NCBI GenBank assembly: GCA_043813605.1 | Contig: JBDRKX010000127.1 | Span: 1-34,659 of the forward strand | DNA from: Elusimicrobiota bacterium | Lineage (GTDB): Bacteria; CG03; SLGR01; JBDRKX01 | Length of the DNA: 34,659 bases | Direction: 5' to 3' | Shown: positions 7,778 through 16,199 of the stretch, piece after piece | Layout of the letters: each line of letters begins with the position of its first letter | Numbering within the stretch: the stretch's first letter is position 1 | Program-made: the position numbers and the translations under genes | The notes under the pieces: generated by a model | Seen by the model: the letters and a program-made list of their open reading frames with translations, nothing else | Databases searched by the model: none | What the model was told of the DNA's origin: nothing

Positions 7778-9181
7778 GTGGAAGACAGTCTTATAAAGAA
7801 AATAACTGAGGAGACAATAAACCGCATCCGGGATGAAAAGCAGAGAAAAAGAAACATACTGCTGATTTTCATGGGCGGCGATGTGGAATTGGATACTTCA
7901 CTCAAACAGGTGAATTGCCTTAGGAGTATGAACATATCTATGAAGGCATACCTGTCGCAGGCAGCTCTAAGGATAATAGGAAAAGATAAAGTGCTTTCAT
8001 GCGGTGTTGACAGGATATTGACTGAAGACGAGATATGGGACCCCCGGATATTATCGGATCTTGATGCACTGGTGGTGCCGGTACTAACCCTTAACGGGGC
8101 ATCGAAGATCGCTCATATGATAGCCGATACCGCTTCGTCAAGTATTATCCTGCTTGCACTGCGTAATGGAAAAAAGATCATTATGGCAAAGGATTCCGTG
8201 ATATGCTGCGGGGGTCCTGAGCTTTCATCATCTTCGGTATATATGAAAAAGGTAAACGAGATACTCAATACTGTTAAGAGTATGGGAGTTAAAATCACAC
8301 TGGCAAAAAGCCTTGCCCGTGAAACTGCTGAAATACTTGGAATTAACATAAGGACTGTGCCTGCCGAATCCCCGCCGCCGGGTGCTCCGTGCGGCGGTAA
8401 TACGGATGAATGTACCGAATGCGGATTATGTGTCCTGAACAGAGCGGATGAGGTAAAGGCTATATTAGATGCAGGAGCGTCCAGGGTTTCATCAAAACAG
8501 GTCGACAGGGAAGTGCCGGGAGGTATGGGCCCATATATAGACCATACAAGCCTTAAAGCTGATGCTACACAGGAACAGATAGGAAAACTCTGTGAAGAAG
8601 CTAAACAATATGGTTTTGCAACAGTATGTGTTAATCCCAGTAATGTCAAATTGGCAAAACAGCTTCTTAAAGACAGTAGTGTGGGTGTAACGACCGTTGT
8701 CGGTTTTCCCCTCGGAGCAACGACTCCGACTGTTAAAGCTATAGAAGCCAGGGATGCTATTGCCAATGGTGCCGATGAGATCGATATGGTGATAAATGTC
8801 GGCGCTCTTAAATCCGGAAACTACAATATGGTCAAAGACGATATAAAAGCGGTGAGAGATGCAACAGCAGGGAAAGTGCTTAAGGTCATACTGGAAACAG
8901 CCCTTTTGAACAGCGAGCAGATAGTAGAGGCTAGCCGTATGGCGAAAGATGCTGGAGCTGATTTTGTTAAAACCTCTACGGGTTTCGGGCCTGGCGGGGC
9001 GACCGTTAAGGATATCAGGTTAATGCGTGAGACTATTGGACCGATTATGGGAGTTAAGGCATCAGGAGGTATCCGGACGAGGGAAGATGCTGCGAACATG
9101 ATAGACGCCGGAGCTACCAGGATAGGTGCCTCGGCATCCGTAGCGATTGTTACCGGCGGAGAATCAGAAGGAAGTTATTGA
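7778..9181 (+). CDS. deoC: Multidomain deoxyribose-phosphate aldolase: encapsulation peptide + flavoprotein-like domain + Cys4 segment + DeoC
   Basis: C-terminal half has [31 protein letters not shown] (Schiff-base Lys), GVKASGG, RIGAS. GTG start with GAGGAGG SD. Confidence 0.93.
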   Translation: MEDSLIKKITEETINRIRDEKQRKRNILLIFMGGDVELDTSLKQVNCLRSMNISMKAYLSQAALRIIGKDKVLSCGVDRILTEDEIWDPRILSDLDALVVPVLTLNGASKIAHMIADTASSSIILLALRNGKKIIMAKDSVICCGGPELSSSSVYMKKVNEILNTVKSMGVKITLAKSLARETAEILGINIRTVPAESPPPGAPCGGNTDECTECGLCVLNRADEVKAILDAGASRVSSKQVDREVPGGMGPYIDHTSLKADATQEQIGKLCEEAKQYGFATVCVNPSNVKLAKQLLKDSSVGVTTVVGFPLGATTPTVKAIEARDAIANGADEIDMVINVGALKSGNYNMVKDDIKAVRDATAGKVLKVILETALLNSEQIVEASRMAKDAGADFVKTSTGFGPGGATVKDIRLMRETIGPIMGVKASGGIRTREDAANMIDAGATRIGASASVAIVTGGESEGSY

Positions 9182-9188
9182 AATAAAG

Positions 9189-9260
9189 CTCTAAGCAGTA
9201 AGTAGTAAGCTGGATTAAATGATGACTTATAGCTTAAGACTTAGAACTTACAGCTTAATA
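9189..9260. repeat. Intergenic inverted heptamer-repeat element, copy 3
   Basis: Left arm CTCTAAG-CAGTAAG-TAGTAAG (9189-9209), right arm CTTATAG-CTTAAGA-CTTAGAA-CTTACAG-CTTAATA (9226-9260). Confidence 0.8.
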
Positions 9261-9271
9261 AGGAGGATGAT

Positions 9272-9553
9272 ATGGCAGAATCCAAACAGGCACTGGGTAT
9301 GATTGAAACTATAGGCCTTGTGGGTATGATCGAAGCAGCGGATGCAATGGTCAAAGCTGCAAAAGTAGAACTGGCCGGTTATGAGAAGATAGGACACGGG
9401 TATGTTACTGCTATGGTCAGGGGTGAAGTAGGTGCTGTACGGGCGGCTGTAGAAGCCGGCGCCGCTGCAGCGCAGAAAGTAGGTGAACTTGTCAGCGTAC
9501 ATGTGATACCGAGACCCCATGAAGACCTGGAGAAAATACTCCCTCAGGGCTGA
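9272..9553 (+). CDS. BMC-H shell protein (canonical EutM/PduA type)
   Basis: ALGMIET...AADAMVKAA...EKIGHG...[17 protein letters not shown]. Confidence 0.96.
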   Translation: MAESKQALGMIETIGLVGMIEAADAMVKAAKVELAGYEKIGHGYVTAMVRGEVGAVRAAVEAGAAAAQKVGELVSVHVIPRPHEDLEKILPQG

Positions 9554-9615
9554 ATTTCTTCTTAAGCAGTGAGGTGTGAGTTATCCCGGTTCTCAGGCCG
9601 GAAGAGTATGATAAA

Positions 9616-9903
9616 ATGGATGTCAGCAAATTAATAGAGGATACATTAGTAGATGTTATATCCGGGGAATATATATCCCCCAGAGTTCATGGAAACAGCA
9701 GATATAAAAAGGGTTTTTTTCTTGAAAGCCCCTACATAAACAGCAGGACGACTTTAAAAGGCGGCCGGGCTCTTGTTAATGAAGCTTTTCTTCTTGACAG
9801 GATAGAGAAAGGGGAGAAAAGAGTTAAAATACCTGAGCGCGCTATAATAACCCCGCAGGCACAAATGCTGATAGATGAAGGTAAGGTGGTAATCTATGAA
9901 TAA
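9616..9903 (+). CDS. Small BMC-associated hypothetical protein (encapsulation-peptide-like N-terminus + EutQ-N-like C-terminal domain)
   Basis: N-terminal helix VSKLIEDTLVDVIS. C-terminal RAIITPQAQML resembles the TPI extension. Confidence 0.7.
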   Translation: MDVSKLIEDTLVDVISGEYISPRVHGNSRYKKGFFLESPYINSRTTLKGGRALVNEAFLLDRIEKGEKRVKIPERAIITPQAQMLIDEGKVVIYE

Positions 9904-10489
9904 ACTGGTTTCTGAAACATTAAATGATTATCTCAATGATATTTCTTCATCATCTACGGTACTGGGTTCAGGCAATGCTGTAGGTGTAGTCCTTTCTATC
10001 GCATGTGCCTTGATGCTGAAAGCTCTCAGGAAAGGTGTGTTTAAAAAAGGCGGGAATGCAGAAAATTTTGCCGGTCTCGAAAATAACATAATGGAATTGG
10101 AGAAAAAAGCTCTGTCGCTTGCCGTTTATAGCACTAACAGATTTAAAGAGATAGATTCCTTAAATAGTGCAGGCGGGGAATTGCTGGAAAAAGCGCTTGA
10201 AAAATCTGCCGAAGTATCGCTTGAAGTCTCCAGTGTATGTCTTGATATCATACGCCTGCTGAACGTGGATGACCTGGAAAAATACAGGGAAGTTGCAACA
10301 GATCTGGGTATGTGCTTTGAGATAACCGAAGCCTGTTTCAATAGCGGGCTGATGAATTATAAGGCTGATATAAAAAGACTGAAAAACCAGGTCGTATTCA
10401 ACAGGCTCGAAAAGATAAAAAGAAGCCTGATAGACGGATTCAATGTAAGCTATGGCGACCTAATAGAATATGTGAGAAAAATGGTTTAG
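9896..10489 (+). CDS. Formiminotetrahydrofolate cyclodeaminase (FTCD_C)-like helical protein, divergent
   Basis: TLNDYLNDISSSSTVLGSGNAVGV resembles the family motif (F/Y)L..LAS..P.PGGGS. About 200 aa, helical, with TDLG near the C-terminus. Confidence 0.6.
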   Translation: MNKLVSETLNDYLNDISSSSTVLGSGNAVGVVLSIACALMLKALRKGVFKKGGNAENFAGLENNIMELEKKALSLAVYSTNRFKEIDSLNSAGGELLEKALEKSAEVSLEVSSVCLDIIRLLNVDDLEKYREVATDLGMCFEITEACFNSGLMNYKADIKRLKNQVVFNRLEKIKRSLIDGFNVSYGDLIEYVRKMV

Positions 10490-10499
10490 AAATATATTT

Positions 10500-12578
10500 A
10501 TGGTCATAAAAAGTTATTTTCTTGAATATTCACCGAGTCCAAGGGATCAGAATAGGTACAAACTGAACCTGTCGGGTATTGAGCGGGATATTAAAGAACT
10601 TGTAAGCAGGTTGAGCAACATAAGTAGCCGCCCGTTTCCTTCTGCTGACAGGAATTTCCAGTGGTCCTGTTATCTATATGACCTTACGGATGAAAAAAGG
10701 GATAGTTTGAAATCTCAGCTTGAAAATGAGATAGATGTTTCAAGTGAAGTCAAAAAAGAAGAGAAGAATACAGTCCCGGAACCGGAAGAAACCAGAAAAG
10801 AACCGGAGGTTAAGAAAGAAAAACAGATTCGATTGAACTCTGATTATGTTTTTGAAAGTTTTGTGGTAGGTACGGCCACAAGGTTCACGTATGCGGCCTG
10901 TAAATCTGTTGCTGAAAGTCCCGGAAAGAATTATAATCCACTGTTTATCTATGGAGGTGTCGGTCTGGGAAAAACACATTTGATGCATTCTATAGGCAAC
11001 CATGTGAGGAATAAGTTCCCCGATGATATTATAGTCTATATCAAAACGGATGAATTTGTAATGGAAGTGGTTGATGCAATTGAATGCGGCGCGTTGAACG
11101 AGATGCGGCAGAAATACAGGCAGATCGACCTGCTGCTGGTAGATGATATACAGTTCCTTGAGAAATCCGAGTCGACCCAGGAAGAGTTTTTTCATATTTT
11201 CAACGAGATGTATGAAGTGAGTAAGCAGATCGTCATAACTTCGGATAAACCGCCTAAGAAACTACTTACACTTGAAGACAGGCTGAAATCCCGCTTCGAA
11301 TGGGGACTGACTACGGATATTAAAATACCGAATTTCGAAACGCGTAAAGCGATAATAAAAAAGAAAAGTACAAAACTGGGTATAACGATAGATGAAGCTA
11401 TAAGTGATTATATCGCACGTAAGCTGAATTCGAATATAAGAGAGCTCGAAGGGATAATAAACAGAATATATGCTTACCGTCAACTATCGGAAGATGAGAT
11501 AACTCTTGATTTTGTAAAAGACATAATACGAAACATGCTCCCTGACAGTGAAGAGGATGAAAAACAGCTTGCTGTAGAAGAAAAAGCGGCCGCCGGTGAC
11601 TTAAAACAGGCCCAAACTCCTGCCGGACAGCCTTCTGTTTTACCGCCTCTGCCCTATGCACCCGGACCGCCTCCGCCTGTGCATGCTCCAGGTTATATTC
11701 CTGCACAGGTTGTGCCTGACATGTGTCCGAGATGCGGCCGGCAGATGACGTTTGTCCAGCAGTACCGCAAATGGTACTGTACCGTATGTGCCGCTTACAT
11801 GGAGCCTATGCAGTCTTATCCTCCGCCATATGTGCAGCTTCCCGGTCCGTGCGCTCCGCCGCCGCCACCTCCGGGCGGGCATAAATCATGTCATAAATGC
11901 AGTTCACCGCTTATGTTCATTCAGGAATACGGAAGGTACTACTGTAATACATGCCGGGAATATGAACCGGAATCACCGCAAGTACCTGCTGAAAAGGAGT
12001 CTGAAAATAAAAAAGTAATGACGCATCAACCTTCACTGGAAGACCTTGAACTGATAACCGGAAAAAGGAGCATAGAGGGAAAAACAGATTCCGATAAAGC
12101 CGGGAAAGAAAAGAAAACTCAGAAAAAGGAAAAAGAAGAGCCAGTCAGTTTTGAAGATAAGATAATCGGAGAAGAGAAAGATAACATCAGGGAGATAAAA
12201 ACCGGATATTTTGTTCCTGAAGGGAAGGGATCTCAGTTCTCCACTATAACAGATAAGCTCAGTAAACTTACAACGCAGAAGAAATTCAATTTTTTTATCC
12301 GGCCTCTGTTTACGCACTACTTTTCGACGGATATGGAAATAAACTATGATAAAATCGCTCATATGGCCTCTACAAACGATATTGATATCGCCATCTGTAT
12401 GCAGCCTGAAGAGGGGGCGGGAAAAAAACTTGATGAGTTCAGGGAAAGCGTAACGGCTGCAATGGATAAACTGAATATGCCGTTTGAGATACTGTCTCAG
12501 GATGATATGAAGGAAAGTAATGCTTTGAACTTCATGCTGGATATAGCTATATGTGCTAGGAAAAGGCCGGGAAAATGA
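10500..12578 (+). CDS. Atypical DnaA-like AAA+ ATPase with two zinc ribbons and no DnaA domain IV
   Basis: LNSDYVFESFVVG, YNPLFIYGGVGLGKTHL (Walker A), LLVDDIQF (Walker B), TQEEFFH, ITSD, RLKSRFEWGL, NIRELEG. Followed by Pro-rich linkers and two CxxC-x14-CxxC motifs. Confidence 0.85.
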   Translation: MVIKSYFLEYSPSPRDQNRYKLNLSGIERDIKELVSRLSNISSRPFPSADRNFQWSCYLYDLTDEKRDSLKSQLENEIDVSSEVKKEEKNTVPEPEETRKEPEVKKEKQIRLNSDYVFESFVVGTATRFTYAACKSVAESPGKNYNPLFIYGGVGLGKTHLMHSIGNHVRNKFPDDIIVYIKTDEFVMEVVDAIECGALNEMRQKYRQIDLLLVDDIQFLEKSESTQEEFFHIFNEMYEVSKQIVITSDKPPKKLLTLEDRLKSRFEWGLTTDIKIPNFETRKAIIKKKSTKLGITIDEAISDYIARKLNSNIRELEGIINRIYAYRQLSEDEITLDFVKDIIRNMLPDSEEDEKQLAVEEKAAAGDLKQAQTPAGQPSVLPPLPYAPGPPPPVHAPGYIPAQVVPDMCPRCGRQMTFVQQYRKWYCTVCAAYMEPMQSYPPPYVQLPGPCAPPPPPPGGHKSCHKCSSPLMFIQEYGRYYCNTCREYEPESPQVPAEKESENKKVMTHQPSLEDLELITGKRSIEGKTDSDKAGKEKKTQKKEKEEPVSFEDKIIGEEKDNIREIKTGYFVPEGKGSQFSTITDKLSKLTTQKKFNFFIRPLFTHYFSTDMEINYDKIAHMASTNDIDIAICMQPEEGAGKKLDEFRESVTAAMDKLNMPFEILSQDDMKESNALNFMLDIAICARKRPGK

Positions 12579-14518
12579 GAAAATATAAGAATCTGGGTAC
12601 TATTATGCTGGTTTTGTTTCTGTCAATACCCTTTTACCTGTTATGGATAAAACCGTTTTATTTCAAAGTGATGCTTTTTGTCCTTTTCCTTGTGTTTACC
12701 GCCCTGTATGTATTTTTCCGGGCATTTGAACTCAGGTTCAACCGTTTCTGGAAAGTGTTTTTTAAGTCAGTATGTTCAAATATAAGTTTTATCCCGTCAA
12801 TGCATAATACTGGAAGGATGGTTGATCATATTATATCCAGGCTCTGCCGGTTGCCGGGCATAGATGCGGCATGGTTACTTGAAAAAGGAGAAGATGGATT
12901 TTTCCGGATGACTTATTCAAGGGGAATAAAAACAGGCCGGGATATGGCATTCCGGGATATTTCAGAATATATAGGAATAAATGAGGAGGATTTTGAAGAA
13001 CCGCTTATTTCACATGGTCTTGCTGCTGTAGTCGATACGCCTATATCCCATCCGGTACTCCATTTTCCGATACAGGAAGGGGATATACTGATTGCAGTAT
13101 TCTCTATCACGGTTACAAGCAAGAAGCAGCTCAGGAAATACGGGATGGATAATTTTAGGGTAATTGCCGACCTTCTGGAACGGATATTCGAAAGTATTTA
13201 CAAGGATCAGAAATTCAAATCTGCCGAAACAAAAGCCCAGGTCGAGGTTGACACTACAACGGATGAACTGACCAAGACAAATCTGCGTCTCATAGAACGT
13301 GTTCGGGAAATGAAATCGATCCACGAGCTCACATCGAAAGTGCATAATTCGGAGACTGTCCAGGAGGCATCAGAGCAGACGTTTGATCATATACAGAGAC
13401 TTCTTCAGGCAGATGAAGCAGTTTATATGAAACTGGTAAATTCAGCATATATACCTGTATTTGCCACATTCCGTGATATCACAGAAAAAATAGGAACTGA
13501 ATCCATAGGATCAGATGTTTTTTCCGGTACGGATACAAAGATAATATCCGATATGTCAGAAGCAGAAGAATTTAAGACACTTTTTTTGAACTTGGAGCTG
13601 AATGTTATGCTTATGGTAAAATCAAAAGTAGCTGATAAGGTGAATGGCATAATGATAGCAGGTTCAGGCAAGGAAGTTGATTATTCGGTAAGGGAGCTGG
13701 AACTTCTGCAAATATACTCCAATATGCTTGCGGAATATATAGAGAGAAAAAGCCTTATATCGGAACTCATTGAAAAAAATGCAGAGTTGGAGCAGTTTAA
13801 CGAATCAAAAGATAACTTTATAGCCCTGATATCGCATGAACTCAAGACGCCTCTTACCAGTATAAAAGGTTTCAGCGAGATGCTAAAAAACGGAGACGCC
13901 GGCAGTCTCAATGATATACAGATGGATTTCCTTTCTACGATCGAGCAATCCACAAAAAGACTCGAGACAAGGATCAATAATATTATAGAGGTTTCGAGTC
14001 TGAAAAAAGGGCGCATAAAACTCGATAAAGAAACTATCCAGTGGAAAACCCTTGTTACCGGTGTATATGACCAGCACAGGGATAATATTGCCGATAAGGG
14101 ACTGAAATCATCATTGGATGTAGCAGATGATATAGGAAATATTAGCGCTGATAAGACAAAGATAAGCAAGGCACTGGGTAATCTTATATCAAATGCGGTG
14201 AAATTTACCAATACAGGCGGGAAATTGGATGTAGTAGCAGTTAAGAAGGGGGATTTTGTCGAGACATCAGTCATAGATACCGGAATAGGTGTAAGTGACG
14301 AGATGAAGAGTAAGATATTTGAGAGATTTATACAGGTAGAAAAAGCTCTTACCAGGAGTGTAGGGGGGCTTGGCCTAGGATTATCTTTTGCCCGGGATGT
14401 GATCGAGAGTCATGGCGGTCAGATTGTCATTAATTCAAAGCCGGGGAAAGGTACGAAGGCGACATTTATACTGCCTGTAAAAGATGAACATATGGAGGTG
14501 GGTGATAAGAATGAGTAA
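12575..14518 (+). CDS. Membrane-anchored sensor histidine kinase (2 TM, probable GAF-like domains, HisKA, HATPase)
   Basis: ISHELKTPLTSI (H box), NLISNAVKFT, DTGIG, IFERF, GLGLGL. Two hydrophobic N-terminal segments. Confidence 0.93.
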   Translation: MRKYKNLGTIMLVLFLSIPFYLLWIKPFYFKVMLFVLFLVFTALYVFFRAFELRFNRFWKVFFKSVCSNISFIPSMHNTGRMVDHIISRLCRLPGIDAAWLLEKGEDGFFRMTYSRGIKTGRDMAFRDISEYIGINEEDFEEPLISHGLAAVVDTPISHPVLHFPIQEGDILIAVFSITVTSKKQLRKYGMDNFRVIADLLERIFESIYKDQKFKSAETKAQVEVDTTTDELTKTNLRLIERVREMKSIHELTSKVHNSETVQEASEQTFDHIQRLLQADEAVYMKLVNSAYIPVFATFRDITEKIGTESIGSDVFSGTDTKIISDMSEAEEFKTLFLNLELNVMLMVKSKVADKVNGIMIAGSGKEVDYSVRELELLQIYSNMLAEYIERKSLISELIEKNAELEQFNESKDNFIALISHELKTPLTSIKGFSEMLKNGDAGSLNDIQMDFLSTIEQSTKRLETRINNIIEVSSLKKGRIKLDKETIQWKTLVTGVYDQHRDNIADKGLKSSLDVADDIGNISADKTKISKALGNLISNAVKFTNTGGKLDVVAVKKGDFVETSVIDTGIGVSDEMKSKIFERFIQVEKALTRSVGGLGLGLSFARDVIESHGGQIVINSKPGKGTKATFILPVKDEHMEVGDKNE

Positions 14519-14873
14519 GGTAATGATTGTTGAAGATAACTATGTGACAGTGAAACTGCTCAGGTTTCTGCTTGAAAAACAGAAATTCCAGGTTGTTAGC
14601 TGTGAAAACGGCAAAGAAGCGCTGGATTGTGTCGAGAATGAAAAGCCGGATCTTATACTCATGGACGTCATGATGCCTGAAATAGACGGTATAGAGGTTA
14701 CAAGGAGGATGAAGCAGAATCCTAATACTTCCAAGATACCGATAATAATACTCTCTGCACTGGGTCAGGAGATGGAAGTCATGAGGGGTCTTCAGGCGGG
14801 TGCTGACGGGTATGTCGTCAAACCCTTTGATTCACAGGCGCTGATAAAACTGGTAAAAGAGAGGTTATTATAA
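14511..14873 (+). CDS. Single-domain response regulator (receiver only)
   Basis: KVMIVEDN, PDLILMDVMMPEIDG, IIILSA, YVVKPF. Start moved from 14484 to 14511 because a GGAGGTG SD-like sequence precedes it and the receiver fold begins there. Confidence 0.92.
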   Translation: MSKVMIVEDNYVTVKLLRFLLEKQKFQVVSCENGKEALDCVENEKPDLILMDVMMPEIDGIEVTRRMKQNPNTSKIPIIILSALGQEMEVMRGLQAGADGYVVKPFDSQALIKLVKERLL

Positions 14874-14947
14874 AATTCGTTCTATTTATAAAAGAATCCG
14901 GGTTTCAGTTCCATCTTTCACAATAGGAACTAAGAAAGGATTATATT

Positions 14948-16141
14948 ATGAGACTTGCTGAAAGGATCAAGAATTTAGGCACAGAAACTGCTTTTCTGGT
15001 TTCTGCCGAAGCCGGGAAGTTCGCTTTAAAGGGCAATAAAGTGTATCCGTTTCATCTCGGTGATATTAATATTAGGACCCCGGAAAATATTATAGAAGCT
15101 GCGATAAAAGCCATGTATGAGGGTAAGACGGGTTACTGTCCTAATGCCGGAATACCGGAGCTCCGTGAAGCGCTTGCTGAAGATATCAATGCTTCACATA
15201 ATGCGGATTTTTCCTGGCATAACGTTATCATAGAACCCGGGGGAAAGCCCGTAATAGGAAAATTCATAGATGCTCTGATGAATCCGGGAGATGAAGTGCT
15301 CTACCCAAATCCGGGATATCCGATTTATGAATCGCAGATAGAATTCAGCGGAGGGAAAGCGGTGCCCTATACATACAAAGAAAGCGATTCGGGATTTGTC
15401 CTGGACATAGACGCTATGGAAAAGGCTATAACCGAAAAGACACGGCTTTTGATATTCAATGATTTCCAGAATCCTACAGCGGCCGAGGCCTCGGAAGATG
15501 AACTCGAGAGGCTGGCCGATCTTGTTATTCAGAACGATCTCTTAGTATTGTGTGATGAAGCGTATTTTGATGTGCGGTATTCGGGTATATCCAAGTCGCT
15601 TGCTTCAATACCCAAAATGCGTAAACGGTGCGTTATACTCTATACATTCTCAAAAAAATTTGCCATGACAGGCTGGCGGCTGGGAGCCGCGATAACTTGC
15701 AAAGAGATTGCAGATATATACGCGATGCTTAATACTAACGATGAGTCCTGCCCGAACCACTTCATCCAGTATGGGGCCATTGAAGCCCTCAAGGGCGATC
15801 AGTCGGGTGCGCACGAGATAAACAGGATACTCGGGGAAAGACGGGATATCGCGGCAAGAATACTTGATTCTATTGAAGGATTCAGATGCCATAAGCCGAA
15901 TACGACTTTCTACCTGTTCCCTAATGTCACGGAAGCGATGAAGAACATAAAAATAGACAGCTATAACGATTTCCGAAAGACGGTGCTCAAAGAGACAGGG
16001 GTCTCTTTCTGTACCCGGCTGCATTTCTGCAGGGAGTTACCGGATGAAAAGGAAAAGTATATCCGGTTTGCTTATTCAGGGATAGATACCGGAGAGATAG
16101 AAGAGGGTCTTGGAAAACTTAAAAAATTCATAGAAAGTTAA
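14948..16141 (+). CDS. PLP-dependent class I/II aminotransferase (aspartate aminotransferase-like)
   Basis: GIPELREA, NPGDEV, PGYPIY, QNPT, DEAY, FSKKFAMTGWRLG (PLP Lys), YIRFAY. Confidence 0.92.
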   Translation: MRLAERIKNLGTETAFLVSAEAGKFALKGNKVYPFHLGDINIRTPENIIEAAIKAMYEGKTGYCPNAGIPELREALAEDINASHNADFSWHNVIIEPGGKPVIGKFIDALMNPGDEVLYPNPGYPIYESQIEFSGGKAVPYTYKESDSGFVLDIDAMEKAITEKTRLLIFNDFQNPTAAEASEDELERLADLVIQNDLLVLCDEAYFDVRYSGISKSLASIPKMRKRCVILYTFSKKFAMTGWRLGAAITCKEIADIYAMLNTNDESCPNHFIQYGAIEALKGDQSGAHEINRILGERRDIAARILDSIEGFRCHKPNTTFYLFPNVTEAMKNIKIDSYNDFRKTVLKETGVSFCTRLHFCRELPDEKEKYIRFAYSGIDTGEIEEGLGKLKKFIES

Positions 16142-16199
16142 TCAAGACTGTCCTTCAGGCGTATTGTAAAGGAAAAATAAAAGAAAGGAACCAGAAACA

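Noticed and set aside
1581..9260. Heptamer arrays as CRISPR or IS ends
   Set aside because: No repeat-spacer periodicity, cas genes, transposase or clear target-site duplications.
955..9553. Calling the BMC a PDU, EUT or glycyl-radical type
   Set aside because: No diol dehydratase, ethanolamine ammonia-lyase or glycyl-radical enzyme. DeoC + RpiB indicate the SPU type.
10500..12578. Calling this gene the chromosomal initiator dnaA with an adjacent oriC
   Set aside because: No domain IV, no dnaN/rpmH neighbours, no intergenic space, and no TTATCCACA cluster seen.
14484..14510. Longer start for the response regulator
   Set aside because: The SD-like sequence lies downstream of it, and the receiver fold starts at 14511.
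14874..14947. Intrinsic terminator after the response regulator
   Set aside because: Only a weak AGTTCC/GGAACT stem with a long loop and no U-tract.
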